In this document: positions 1 through 12,570 of the stretch, piece by piece | Layout of the letters: each line of letters begins with the position of its first letter | Numbering within the stretch: position 1 is the first letter of the stretch | Assembly: GCA_964016885.1 (NCBI GenBank) | Contig: CAXHJY010000165.1 | Span: 9,614-73,613, forward strand | Source: Eledone cirrhosa | Taxonomy: Eukaryota | DNA length: 64,000 bases | Direction: 5' to 3' | The notes under the pieces: model-generated | The model's input: the letters and a program-made list of their open reading frames with translations, nothing else | What the model was told of the DNA's origin: nothing | Database searches by the model: none | Translations under genes and position numbers: made by a program

Positions 1-182
1 TAAAAACCTCCCAGACCCACACTGTAAATGTGGTTGGTGTTAGGAAGGGCATCCAACTGTAGAAAACCTGCCAGACAGTCCTATGCGAGCAAGAAAATCA
101 CTCTTGCCTCAAGTGGGACTACCCCCGTCCAAACCCATGCAAGCATGGAACACGGACGTTAAACGTTGATGATGATGATGAT
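1..182 (+). mobile_element. RTE LINE family C, 3'UTR and (GAT)n tail fragment, cut by the window edge
   Basis: Near-identical to 60370-60556, which follows an RTE ORF end; ends in ggacgttaaacgtt(gat)n. Confidence 0.85.
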
Positions 183-219
183 ACTTCCATATACTGTGTT
201 GTTATTTCTGTTTACCTTT

Positions 220-253
<34 letters not shown>

Positions 254-254
<1 letters not shown>

Positions 255-502
255 GGTTGCATTCTTTAAGGGTATGTCAATATTTATTTATAAAACTGCT
301 CTATATTATATTTTATCTGATGAAAGCACACCATAACTTAACTTGGTGTCCTTGAAACATGTATAATGAAATAAATATGGTTTTATAAATATAGTTTCCA
401 TTTGTTAATATATCATATTTTTACTCCAATAATTTGTTGAGTACTTTATATCAGTTATAAAAATATTTGCTTGTTGTATCCCAACAATTTAAATAGAACT
501 TC

Positions 503-506
<4 letters not shown>
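254..506 (+). mobile_element. Hammerhead-bearing short element, family HH-A (PLE-terminus-like)
   Basis: Copies at 797-1018(-), 62201-62380(-), 62502-62770(+) and diverged 10775-11079(-); shared end gaacttctaca next to (TA)n. Confidence 0.75.
309..373 (+). ncRNA. Minimal type I hammerhead ribozyme motif
   Basis: tattttat-CTGATGA-aagcacacca..tggtgtcctt-GAAA-catgta-TA-atgaaata; stems I and II pair; stem III has a mismatch in this copy. Confidence 0.7.
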
Positions 507-542
<36 letters not shown>

Positions 543-580
543 TTCAAAATATTAATAAATATAGACATTCATGTAATCAA

Positions 581-657
581 ATATATTTTATTATATATAT
601 TTCGGAGGTACTGTGCTGTTTCCTCAGTACGTCACGTCCTCATCAGATAAAATATAT
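581..657 (-). ncRNA. Minimal type I hammerhead ribozyme motif
   Basis: Minus strand: atatattttat-CTGATGA-gga..gtactg..cagtac.tcc-GAAA-tatata-TA-ataaaatatat; 11-bp perfect stem I. Confidence 0.8.
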
Positions 658-796
658 AAATTGATGTATGACATACCTCAACTGTGCTGATGGTTCAATT
701 CCAGTCTTGGCAGTCATATATATAAATATATATATATATATTTGATGCATAGAGTTACGGCCCTTGCCATTCTGAGTTCATTTATATATATATATA

Positions 797-1018
797 TGTA
801 GAAGTTCTATTTAAATTGTTGGGATACAACAAGCAAATATTTTCATAACTGATATAAAGCACTCAACAAATTATTGGAGTAAAAATACGATATATTAACA
901 AATAGAAACTATATTTATAAAACCATATTTATTTCATTATACATATTTCAAGGACACCAAGTTAAGTTATGGTGTGTTTTCATCAGATAAAATATAATAT
1001 AGAGCAGTTTTATAAATA
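797..1018 (-). mobile_element. HH-A element, inverted copy, with hammerhead at 930-994
   Basis: Reverse complement of about 284-506; core tcatcag at 980-986. Confidence 0.75.
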
Positions 1019-1558
1019 TATATATATAAATGAACTCAACAAGGGTTGAACAGGTCTATATAGACCAAGTCAGTACTGAAACAAAGCCACTGATCTCCCA
1101 GGCAGTCCACAGACTTGTGCACTTATGTACAGTATCATGTGCCATCGAGTGCTCAGAAGAGGTTGTCATGCATTTGACACTACTGCAGGTCTTCCCAACC
1201 ATTTGTTTAGCAAGATATATGTATATGTTTTATATATTTATAGTTCAAGATAAAAGAAAAACAAAGAGCAATTACAGAAAGTAAATCTTGCAGGAGACAG
1301 AAAAATATCTTCACATATCGGATATTTGTGTAGTTTGGAGAGAGGGGAGAAGGCTGGAAATATGAGAAAGAAAATAATACAAGGAAAAATGTATCAGCTT
1401 CGCTGGGGTGTGCAGGTCTTTGGAAGTAATTCTGCCTCAATAACTCTTTCTCACTTCGTTTGTCTCACTCTCTATCCTTCTCTGGAAGAAATCTCCTGTA
1501 CTCAGACTTAGAGAGGGATGGGCTTTGCCATGCTTTAAAAAATGCCCCCAAAACGCTG

Positions 1559-1773
1559 TAGCATTTGAAATACTCTATATTTACTGTTGTATTTTCTTGG
1601 TAAAGGCTTTATCTCTCATAATTATCTCACATAATATCGAATCTATGAGATTTTGATATCATTTATTTTGAGAACAATACTCTAACGTCAGTATGAGTGG
1701 TCTGTTATGGACAGTTTGAACAGAAAGAGGTGAGAGAATTCTGGCCGGATACAGCCAGTTTAATTACTAAGGG
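1559..1773. mobile_element. piggyBac-like MITE copy with degenerate ends
   Basis: Homologous to the TTAA-flanked copies at 43716-43936 and 50945-51693. Confidence 0.7.
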
Positions 1774-1823
1774 TATTTAAATATATTTATATACAGCACC
1801 CCTGTGAATCCATCAGAAGGTAC

Positions 1824-2215
1824 TATAGGACCATATCATACCATACAAAGTAGCCCAGCATGAGAGATGGTATGGGTAGTGGTACAGAAGTGGTGCCAGA
1901 GTATAGGGCCATATCATACCATGTAGTCCAACATGGGGGATGGTATGGGTAGTGATACAGAAGTGGTGCCAGAGTATAGGGCCATATCATACTATGTAGT
2001 CCAACATGGGGATGGTTTGGGTAGTGGTACAGAAGTGGTGCCAGAGTATAGGGCCATATCATACCATGTAGTCCAACATGGGGGATGGTATGGGTAGTGG
2101 TACAGAAGTGGTGCCAGAGTGTCGAGGTCTATCACTGGTGCTGCCATACCATGTAACCCAGAATGAGAGATGGTATGGGTAGTAGTACAGAAGTGGTGGC
2201 AGAGTATCTGGGTCT
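1824..2215. repeat. Minisatellite, 72-73 bp unit, about 5 copies
   Basis: tatagggccatatcatac recurs at 1902, 1975 and 2047. Confidence 0.9.
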
Positions 2216-2439
2216 ATGAATGATGCTGCAAATGTATGTGTGTAACATGTGATTGTGCATATTGCAGTTTATACATTTTCCAATATATTCAGGTAGCAAA
2301 TGCATCTAACTGCCTACTAGACAGAACTATTTTGCTGACTGAAGTAGCTGTACTAGACAGTTGGGTACTCCTTGGTCTGCTTTTAATGAGATACAGACCT
2401 AGATTTAAAGAAACACACAACATCAAACTACATACTTGA

Positions 2440-4060
2440 ATAGTAATAGTGGTGATGGTGGTAGTAGTAGTAGTAGTGGTGGTGGTGCTGGTGCTGGTGA
2501 TAGTTGTGGTGGTGGTAGTTGTAGTGGTGGTGGTAGTTGTAATGGTGGTGGTGGTGGTAGTTGTAGTGGTGGTGGTGGTAGTAGTAGTAGTAGTTGTAGT
2601 GGTGGTGGTGCTGGTGATAGTTGTGGTGGTGGTAGTTGTAGTGGTGGTGGTGGTGGTAGTTGTAGTGGTGGTGGTGGTGGTTGTAGTGGTGGTGGCGGTG
2701 GTGGTAGTTGTAATGGTGGTGGTAGTAGTAGTATTGTGGAGGTCGTTGTTGTTGTAGCGGTGGTGGTAGTAGTGGTGATGATGGTGGTGGTGGTAGTTGT
2801 AGTGATTGTAGTGGTGGTCGTTGTTGTTGTAGTGGTGGTGGTGGTAGTATTAGTGGTGGTGGTGGTGGTAGTTATGGAGGAGTGGATATGGTGGTGGTGG
2901 TAGTAGTAGTTGTGGTGGTGGTGGTGGTAGTAGCTGTGGTATTAGTGATGGTATTAGTGATGGTGATTGTGGTGGTGGTTGATATGGTGGTAGTAGTTGT
3001 GGTGGGTGGGTGTGGTGATGCTGGTGGTGGTAGTTGAGGTGGTGATGGTGGTGGTTGTGGTGATGACAGTGGTAGTAGGAGTAGTAGTACTGTGGTTGTT
3101 GTAGTGGTGGTGGTTGTAGTGGTAGTAGTAGTAGCAGTAGTTGTGATGGTGGAGGTGGTAGTGTTTTGGTGGTAGTGTTTTGGTGGTTGTGGTGTCATCA
3201 GCATCACTATTACCATCACCAACAGCTATAGCATCATCATCATCTCCTTCATTATAACAGTCTACATCTCTATCGCCACCATCACCATCATAGTCTACAC
3301 CACCACCACCACCAACACCACCACTACAACCATCACTACTAACCATCACCAACACCGCCACCAACGCCACCACCAACAACAACACCATCACTACCACCAC
3401 TACCACTAACACCACCACCACCACTAACACTGCCAACACCACCACCACCAACACCATCACTACCACCACCACTAACACTGCCAACACCACCACCAACACC
3501 ATCACTACCACCACCATTATCATTGTCTACACCACCACAACCATCAGCACCACCGCCACCAACGCCACCACCAACAACAACACCATCACTAACACCACCA
3601 CCACTAACACCACCACCACCACTAACACTGCCAACACCACCACCACCAACACCATCACTACCACCACCACCACCACTAACACTGCCAACACCACCACCAA
3701 CACCATCACTACCACCACCATTATCATTGTCTACACCACCACAACCATCAGCACCACCACCACCAACACAACAACACCATCACCACCCCCATCACCACCA
3801 CCCCCAACACAACAACAACACCATCACCACCACCAACAACACCATCACCACCAACACCACCACCACCACCACCACCAACACCACACAACCACCACCACCA
3901 ACACCACACAACCACCACCACCAACACCACACAACCACCACCAACAACAACACGCAACCACCAACACCACCACCAACACCACACAACCACCAACACCACA
4001 CAACCACCAACACCAACACCACCAACACCACCACCAACAACAACACCATAATCATCATTA
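2440..4060. repeat. Degenerate (GGT/AGT)n tract switching to (ACC/AAC)n near 3195
   Basis: Direct reading; the ACC half contains internal duplicated blocks. Confidence 0.9.
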
Positions 4061-4369
4061 ACAGTCATACCTCTTCATTTCATAGTCTTTATTGAATATT
4101 TCAAGTGTTATACATCATTGTTTTTCTCATTTTTCTCATTTTTCATATTTTGCATACATTCCATAACACAAACATTTCATTAATTTATTCCTCTCCATCT
4201 TGCCTCATTTAGAAGTTTTGTTCACAATTCACAATAGGTGTTGTCATGATTTTCTAAACATATATTTAGACATTTTATATTATTTATTATATTTTCAGCA
4301 TTTTCTGAACACAGCCTGTTCATGGCTTCTAAATTAATACATTGTTATGGTTTCAAACATTTTATAAAA

Positions 4370-5316
4370 CATATACACACATATATGCATATACACAAAT
4401 ATATATATATCTATATATCTATGTGTGTATGTATACATGTATATATATCTATATATGTGTGTATAGGTATATATGTATATTTTTGGAAAACACTTGCTCT
4501 TTTTTATATACATACCTATATGTATATGTTTATATATAGGAAAATGTTCAAGACCCCGACCACACTTCTTTCGTTATTTATATATATATTTATGTGTATA
4601 TATATATATGTATATATATATATATAAATGTGTATATATATATATGTGTGTATATATATATATGTATATGTTGTATATGTACATTTATATACATATAAAT
4701 ATATATATACACATATATATATGCACACATACATATATATATGCATACATACATATATATATATGCATATATACATATGCTTATATATATATATATATAT
4801 ATTTACACACACACATACACATACACACATACACATATATATACATATATACATATGTATATACACATGAGAATACTGGCATCTATGTTTAAATACAATT
4901 TGAATGCTTGTTATTTTTTCTTTATCTTCACTGTTTGACAATAAAAGTATAAGTTTTAAGTTTAGTCTAATTATGTCTGTAGTGTCTTTGGATTTATTAA
5001 CTTATTCTTCTTTTTCTTTTTTGGGGGGGATGGCGGCGGGGAGGAGGGGGGGGGGCTAGTTCTTTTCTCAGCAATTTCCAAAATATCCATAAGAAAGTTT
5101 GTCAATATAGTAAAAATTATTCCAGAGAATATTTGACCGAAAGTAGTTATCTATTTCCAATAAAATACCAAAAGCAAGAAATACGATGTTTCACTAAGGA
5201 ATAAAAAATATACACAATAAACGCTAAACGAAAGATAAAAGAACAATATACATATATATATATATATATATATGTATGTATATATATATATGTATGTGTT
5301 TGTGTGTGTGTATATA

Positions 5317-5363
<47 letters not shown>

Positions 5364-6150
5364 CATATATATATATGTATGCATATATATATATGTATGC
5401 ATATATATATATATGTATGCATATATATATATATGTATGCATATATGTATATGTATGCATATATGTATATGTATGCATATATATATATATGTATGCATAT
5501 ATATATATATATATATGCATAAATATATATATATATATGTATGCATATATGCATATATATGTATGCATATATGTATATATATGTATGCATATATGTATAT
5601 ATATGTATGCATATGTATTCATATATGTATATATATGTATGATTATATGTATGTATATATATTCATATATGTATGCATATATATGTATATATTGTATGCA
5701 TAAATATACATATATGATGATATATATATATATATGTTTGTGTGTATGTGTATATGTGTGTGTATATATATATATATATAAATTTCAAGAACATACTGCA
5801 ATTTTTGGAATGGCGAATTCCATAATACTCATAAAAATAAATACAGGTTGAGACACACAGACATATATATATGTACTATATATATATATATAATATTATA
5901 ATATGCATGGGTCTTGTATATATATATGCATATATATATATACATATGCATATATATATACATATGCATATATATATATATGCATATATATATATACATA
6001 GGCATATATATATATGCATATATATATATACATATGCATATATATATTTATATATATACATATGCATATATATATACATATGCATATATATATACATATG
6101 CATATATATATATATACATATGTATATATATATATATATATATATACATA

Positions 6151-6191
<41 letters not shown>

Positions 6192-6225
6192 GCATATATA
6201 TATATATATACACACACACAAAATA
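4370..6225. repeat. Compound (TA)n/(TATG)n/(CA)n microsatellite blocks
   Basis: Blocks at about 4370-4870, 5245-5780 and 5860-6225. Confidence 0.95.
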
Positions 6226-6743
6226 TATGTGAAGATGTATTTTTGTATAAACCTCCTCCCAATTTAATCACATTGCATCATGTCTGTGAATATTTGAAAA
6301 ATATTGTTTACTTACGCTGAGGTTTGGAAATAAATCAATTCAGTTTATTGTTTATCAGATTAACACAGATTGATTATTGATTTTTGGAGAAGATATGTTA
6401 TATGTGCAGAGACATATCATTGCTTTTATTACTCACAACAGACATTCTAGCAAAATTACTTTCAAAAACACAGATTCTTTTCCAATATTCCAAGACATAT
6501 ATATATATGAAGAAATTGTCCAATCGAAGTCCTGCTATGATTATACAAATATATCAGTCACATCAGGAACAAAACATCGTTTGTTTCCTTGCTTCTTTTT
6601 TCTATTTGTAGTTTGCATATAGTGAGGGTGTGTGGCTTAGTGGTGAGGCTGTTTATCTGCTCATCCTGGTGCTGCTAGTTTGATTTCTGGGCCAGAAAAT
6701 ACCTTGTCTCCTTCATCAAGACAATTTATTTTTTATATAGATA

Positions 6744-6896
6744 AAAAATGAGAATACTCATGGCTAGAACAGCCGCTAAAACAGCTAAATGCTGTCAAAG
6801 ACAACCCCAGGGGATAAAGACCAGTAGCCAGTGGCTGTCTTTGGCAGTATTTAGCTGTTTTAACGGCTTTTCTAGCGATCAGTTTTCTCATTTTTA
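6744..6896. repeat. Imperfect hairpin (fold-back) of about 55-bp arms
   Basis: aaaaatgagaa..ctagaacagccgctaaaacagctaaatgctgtcaaagaca pairs with tgtctttggcagtatttagctgttttaacggcttttctag..ttctcatttt. Confidence 0.75.
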
Positions 6897-6971
6897 TATA
6901 TATTGAAATACACTCTCACTTTGTCTCGATTAGAGACAACATTGTTTAACTTTGTTTGTTCCTACAGGTTC

Positions 6972-7158
6972 TACACTGTATATGTGGTTTGTGTTAGGAA
7001 GGACATCCAGTTGTAAAAATCCCCAGCCAAAATACAGTTCTGTCTGAGCAAGGTATGGTGCAGCCAGCTGGCCTGACTTGTTTCATGATGTTGGGCGACC
7101 TGTCTAACCCATGCAAGCATGGAAAAATAAATGTTAAACGGTGATGATGATGATGATG
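6972..7158 (+). mobile_element. Old RTE or SINE 3' fragment (B/C-type tail); similar fragments at 10278-10435 and 16768-16935
   Basis: gttaggaaggacatccag motif, ctaacccatgcaagcatggaa and (GAT)n tail. Confidence 0.7.
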
Positions 7159-7458
7159 GCTTCACTCAGCTGGAGGAAAAAATGATTTGTACCTGTAATT
7201 CAAAGGTTTGGCCTCATCCCACGGAATCTACCTGGGAACAATCCAACTATGGTCTCTATAGCCTTAACAACGCACAATTGGCTAAGCATGTGTGTATGTT
7301 ATGTGTGAGATATACGGCTGGTGTTGTGTGTATGTGTGTGTAATTTTATATATGTTGCTGTGTGTGTGATACATGCTACACACCTCACATAACCAAAAGC
7401 AAATAAAAATTGAAGGACCACCTTTAACAGGAGTGAGAATACTCTGGACTGGATTGGC

Positions 7459-7507
<49 letters not shown>

Positions 7508-7653
7508 ATATAATTGAATAAAGTGACAGGAGGCTGGGTAGTTTAAATTCCTTTAAAGTTTTTATTTTTGCAGACACTCTATATATTTCAATGGCCAGTA
7601 GAATTCCAGGAATGACCAGTTCTATCCAGTGGTGAACCACCAACTTCTATATA

Positions 7654-7698
<45 letters not shown>

Positions 7699-7699
7699 A

Positions 7700-9148
7700 C
7701 AGGTTATGAAAGTGGCAGAAAGGATTTTAGCACAACTAATTAGAGAAAGGGTCAAACTAGATGAGATGCAGTTTGGTTTTGTGCCTGGGAAGAGTACAAC
7801 AGATGCCCTCTTCTTGGTGAGACAAATGCAAGAGAGGTTCTTAGAGAAGAATAAGCCACTATACTTGGCCTTTGTTGACCTAGAGAAGGCCTTTGATAGG
7901 GTACCCCGATCTGTCATCTGGTGGTCCCTAAGGAAGCTGGGTGTTGAGGAATGGCTTGTAAGGACAGTGCAAACTTTGTACAGAGGTACTCTCAGTAAAG
8001 TCAGGGTAGGAATGGAGTTTAGTGAGGAATTCCAGATACAAGTAGGAGTACATCAGGGTTCGGTCCTCAGCCCGCTCTTGTTCATTATAGTCCTCCAAGC
8101 CATAACAGAGGAGTTTAAGACTGGCTGTCCATGGGAACTTCTCTATGCTGACGATCTGGCTCTTATGGCAGAATCAGTAGAGGAGCTAGAGAATAAATTC
8201 CGGCTATGGAAACAGCAGTTGGAAGCAAGAGGACTGAGAGTAAATCTAGCTAAGACAAAAGTGTTGATGAGTAGAAAAGAGGACAAAACCCTGATTCCGT
8301 CAGGGAAATGGCCATGTTCGATATGCAGAAAAGGAACTGGCATAAATTCTATAAAATGCACACAATGTAGGTCCTGGGTACACAAGAGATGTAGCGGGAT
8401 AGCAGGCAAACTAACAGGTAGGGAGAAATATGTATGCAGTAGATGTACAGGGAAATTAGACAGTAGAAGTCGCACTGATAGACACATTTTTCAAATGCGA
8501 GAGGGCGCTATAGAAGTGGTGGATAGCTTCCGGTACCTAGGAGATCAGATTAGCATGGGAGGAGGGTGTTCCGAGGCCATAGTATCTAGAATAAGGACGG
8601 GTTGGAAGAAGTTTAGGGAGCTGCTTCCTCTGTTGACGAAGAAGGGTTTCTCCCTGCGTACGAAAGGCCGGTTGTATGATGCCTGTGTGAGGAGCGCGAT
8701 GCTGCATGGTAGTGAGACATGGGCAGCTACCGCAGAAGATATGCGACGGCTGGAGAGAAATGAGGCAAGCATGCTCCGTTGGATGTGCAGTGTAAATGTG
8801 CGTGAACGACCCAGCATAAATGTGTTGAGAGAGAAACTGTGTCTGAGAGGGATAGAATGTAGTGTACGGGAGAGGAGACTGAGGTGGTATGGACATGTGA
8901 TGCGCATGGAGGATGACCGATGGGTGAAGAAGTGCCAGGAAATGCCAGTTGAAGGAAGACGTAGTAGAGGTAGACCACGAAAAACATGGGCGGAGGTGGT
9001 GAGAACAGACCTCAGATCATTGAAGCTCACGGTGGAGATGACGAGGGACCGTGACGAGTGGAGAGATGCTGTGCTGAATAAGACCCGTCCCACCCTTGCA
9101 AGCAGGGAAAAGCGGACGTAAAATGATGATGATGATGATGATGATGAT
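7700..9148 (+). mobile_element. 5'-truncated RTE-clade LINE, family A
   Basis: Uninterrupted RT ORF starting right after (TA)n and ending directly in a (GAT)n tail. Confidence 0.95.
7706..9121 (+). CDS. RTE non-LTR reverse transcriptase, partial (no endonuclease domain), with embedded PHD-like finger
   Basis: Motifs [51 protein letters not shown]. Confidence 0.95.
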   Translation: MKVAERILAQLIRERVKLDEMQFGFVPGKSTTDALFLVRQMQERFLEKNKPLYLAFVDLEKAFDRVPRSVIWWSLRKLGVEEWLVRTVQTLYRGTLSKVRVGMEFSEEFQIQVGVHQGSVLSPLLFIIVLQAITEEFKTGCPWELLYADDLALMAESVEELENKFRLWKQQLEARGLRVNLAKTKVLMSRKEDKTLIPSGKWPCSICRKGTGINSIKCTQCRSWVHKRCSGIAGKLTGREKYVCSRCTGKLDSRSRTDRHIFQMREGAIEVVDSFRYLGDQISMGGGCSEAIVSRIRTGWKKFRELLPLLTKKGFSLRTKGRLYDACVRSAMLHGSETWAATAEDMRRLERNEASMLRWMCSVNVRERPSINVLREKLCLRGIECSVRERRLRWYGHVMRMEDDRWVKKCQEMPVEGRRSRGRPRKTWAEVVRTDLRSLKLTVEMTRDRDEWRDAVLNKTRPTLASREKRT

Positions 9149-10648
9149 AAAGGTGGATGAACTTCTCATTGTCAACAGCCATCCACCCCAACTATGTGTT
9201 AAAAAGCCTCAAAAACTCTTAAATAGCCAAGGTGTGAGTATAGCTACACCACTGACATGACCAAAACCAAATAGAAAGCAGTGGTGGTCAACCAGGGGGG
9301 AGACCCTCCAACAGGAATGAGAAACCCTTGGATTGAATTGGATTGAAGATTATAAGGTATGATCGAGTGTAATGGTATAATGTAGGTATTTAATATTAAC
9401 AGAGAAACTGTGTGTATGTGTTAAATGTGAATAATACTTAGTTATATGCTTGATGGAATACTTAACCTAATATAATATGCATTATTGTAAAGCAGCGTTA
9501 TCCTTTGTCATTGGTCTTTTTTTTTTCTTCTCTCCATATGATATATTAATGCAGAGACAGTGCAGTGATTCATATCAGATATACATGTTAGCATTTGTAC
9601 CATTAGCGGGCTCATAGGAACCGTAATAACAATCCTTCAATAAATTCTGAGTTCAAAGGTTGTTTTCTCCTTTTACTGCAAGTCATTAATTATGAAGTCG
9701 ACTTTTGAAAAACACCACTCCTCCCCTTTTTCCGTTTCTGTGAATGATATATTAAGCAGAATGGCCATTTGATATGACTACACCATATAATAAACTGTTA
9801 TTTGTCAAAGTATTCCAGAATTCAAGGATTTAGCTAATCCTTTCCTTGTTTCATTGATTGTGTAAAAAGAAATGTTGATCTACCCGTGGCTGTTTGATTA
9901 TGTTGCGATATATATCATAACAAGTCTATTGGCTCATATAGTGAGAGATTATTGTCGCCATTTTGAATCCCCAAAGTTTGGTTTTGAAAGGGCATGAGTG
10001 TTAGTATTCTAATACTACCAATTATGTGTTTATTTTCTTTCTTTTTTTTTTCTTTATCTATCTGCTAACATTCCAAAGTAGGAAAGAAACAAGACTTAAA
10101 CACTTGTTAGCTTGAAGTCTTTTGAATTTTGAGAACAGGTTCTCACCACAGCCATACATGGCTTGAAAATCTGTTCAGTGAAACACATGTCCTCAAGTAT
10201 GGTTTGCTAATTTATTGTGGAACTAACTCTCTCTCTCACTCTCACTCTCTCTCACTCTCTCTCTCTATATATATATATTGGTGTTAGGAAGGGCATCCAG
10301 ATGTAGAAAACCTGCCAGATTCAGTCCTATATGAGTAAGACATGGTCACCCGACCAATGTTGCTTCAAGTGGGACAATTCCTGTCCAGCACATGCTTGCA
10401 TGGAAGATAAACGTTGAACAATGATGATGATGATACATATATATATCCATATATATATCTTGTGATATAATCTTATAATTGTTTCTACATTAAGCACAAG
10501 GCCAGCAAATATACCAGTGTATTACTGGTACTTTATTTTATCGACCCCCGTAAATATGTGTTTTAGAAATGACATCAGAAGGTGTCTGATATAATAAATT
10601 CATAATTGTAAATATTTATATATATATATAACAACCACAACAGCACTG

Positions 10649-10688
<40 letters not shown>

Positions 10689-10700
10689 CAGCCCTTTGAA

Positions 10701-10734
<34 letters not shown>

Positions 10735-10774
10735 TTCAAAGGGCTGATATAATAAATATATATATATATATATA

Positions 10775-11073
10775 TGGAAAGTTATATTTAAATTGTTGGG
10801 TTACAACTAGTAAATATTTATAACTGATATAAAAGCACTCGACAAATATTTGGAGTATATTTACAATATTAAATAAATGGAAACTATATTTATAAAACCA
10901 TATTTATTTCATTATATATATTTCAGGGATATCATATTAACAATATGCTATGCCTTCCTCAGACAAAATACAATATAAACAATTTTATAGATAAATAGAT
11001 TCGACATACCGTAACAACATCGACTTGTATTTGAAAAGGTTGATTTTATAAATATAGTTTCCATTTATTTAAT

Positions 11074-11079
<6 letters not shown>
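10775..11079 (-). mobile_element. Diverged HH-A subfamily copy with a short terminal inversion
   Basis: Alignable to 797-1018; 11044-11079 is the reverse complement of 10862-10897; (TA)n on both sides. Confidence 0.7.
10905..10970 (-). ncRNA. Minimal type I hammerhead ribozyme motif (CUGAGGA variant)
   Basis: Minus strand: tattttgt-CTGAGGA-aggcatagcatatt..aatatgatatccct-GAAA-tatata-TA-atgaaata. Confidence 0.75.
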
Positions 11080-11109
<30 letters not shown>

Positions 11110-11453
11110 CAAAGGGCTGATATAATTAGTGGTGGGATTAATTTTTGAGAAATACATTTTATTTTCTTCTAATCATAGTAGAAAATCATTTCAATTATCC
11201 CCAAGGGGACATTGTTGGTAGTACATACATACATATATACAAATACATACATACGTATACATAAACACACACGCACGCACACATGCACACATACATGCAC
11301 ACACACACACACACACATGTGTATATATATATATATATATATACATACACAAAAATACATATAGATACATACTCATATACGTAGACACAAACACACACTT
11401 ACACGCACACACACACACACATATCTGTGTATATATATATATATATATATATA

Positions 11454-11530
11454 CAGAGTGTCCAAAAAAATGTGTACATATATTTGTTAGAATGCTGTTG
11501 AAGTGTGTATACATTTTTTGAGACACCCTG
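11454..11530. mobile_element. Tiny Tc1/mariner-like MITE, about 77 bp
   Basis: About 25-bp TIRs cagagtgtccaaaaaaatgtgtaca / tgtatacattttttgagacaccctg inside a TA tract. Confidence 0.7.
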
Positions 11531-11789
11531 TGTATATATATATATGTATATATACACACACATACACACCCATATATAGTAATTTGTTTATACTTATTTC
11601 TGCATTTTTTTAGAAAGGTTTTCAGGGCAGGGTGGGCGAGATGTGGCTTTTGTCTTACTGAATTATCAATTGCGTTTTATTTTTAATATTTTACTATATT
11701 GATTATGTTATTGATTTAATAGTTTATCAGTAAACATCAAATTTGGTGTTTTACAAATAATCTTTACCACTGATTAGAAAATTTACAAA

Positions 11790-12570
11790 ACACAACAATA
11801 ATAACATCAACAACACCAACATATCTAACAGCACAACCAACAACAGCAATATGACCAACAACAACATAACTAACAGCACAACCAACAACAGCAATATGAC
11901 TGACAACAACATAACTAACAGCACAACCAACAACAGCAATATGACCAACAACAACATAACAGCACAACCAACAACAGCATTATGACCGACAACAACATAA
12001 CTAACAGCAATATGACCGACAACAACATAACTAACAGCACAACCAACAACAGCAATATGACCGACAACAACATAACTAACAGCACAATCACCAGCAACAA
12101 CACAGCTAACAACCAAACCAACAACAACCATAACAACACAACACCAACAACCCACAACAATAACATCAGCATCACCAACAACAAAAGCAACCACAAAAAC
12201 ATCACAATAACAACAACAACAACAGCAACAACACAACACCAACAATAACATCAGCACCACCAACAACAACAACACCAACAATATCATCACCACCACCAAC
12301 AACACCAACAATAACATCACCACCACCAACAACAACAAAAAGAACTAAAAAAAGTCAACACCAACAACAACATGAATAACAACAACCACAACAATATCAG
12401 AAATACCAACATGTCTAACAAACATCACCACCAACAACATCAGTAACATCAACTTGAGTAAGACTGCCACCACCAACAACAACAACAACCAGCAACAATA
12501 GCAACATGACCAACAGCACAACCACCAATAACAACCACAAAAACAACAACACCACTACCTACAATAACAT
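11790..12570. repeat. (AAC)-rich tract including a 45-bp minisatellite at about 11825-12090
   Basis: Unit acagcacaaccaacaacagcaatatgaccgacaacaacataacta. Confidence 0.85.

Noticed and set aside
2436-4095. Gly-, Val-, Thr- or Pro-rich ORFs that look like mucin or extensin
   Set aside because: Trinucleotide repeats open in several frames on both strands; no splice or domain evidence
4322-6320. Many YI/IY-rich ORFs here and at 17-18, 24-25, 36-37, 40-42, 45-46 and 59-62 kb
   Set aside because: Translations of (TA)n/(TG)n microsatellites, which lack stop codons
8143-9093. Antisense ORFs over the RTE (also 57400-57846)
   Set aside because: Shadow frames of the RT ORF
9540-10220. Repeat-free unique-looking stretch (also 38700-39960 and 58380-59370), possibly regulatory
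   Set aside because: No ORF or motif I can support without cross-species alignment
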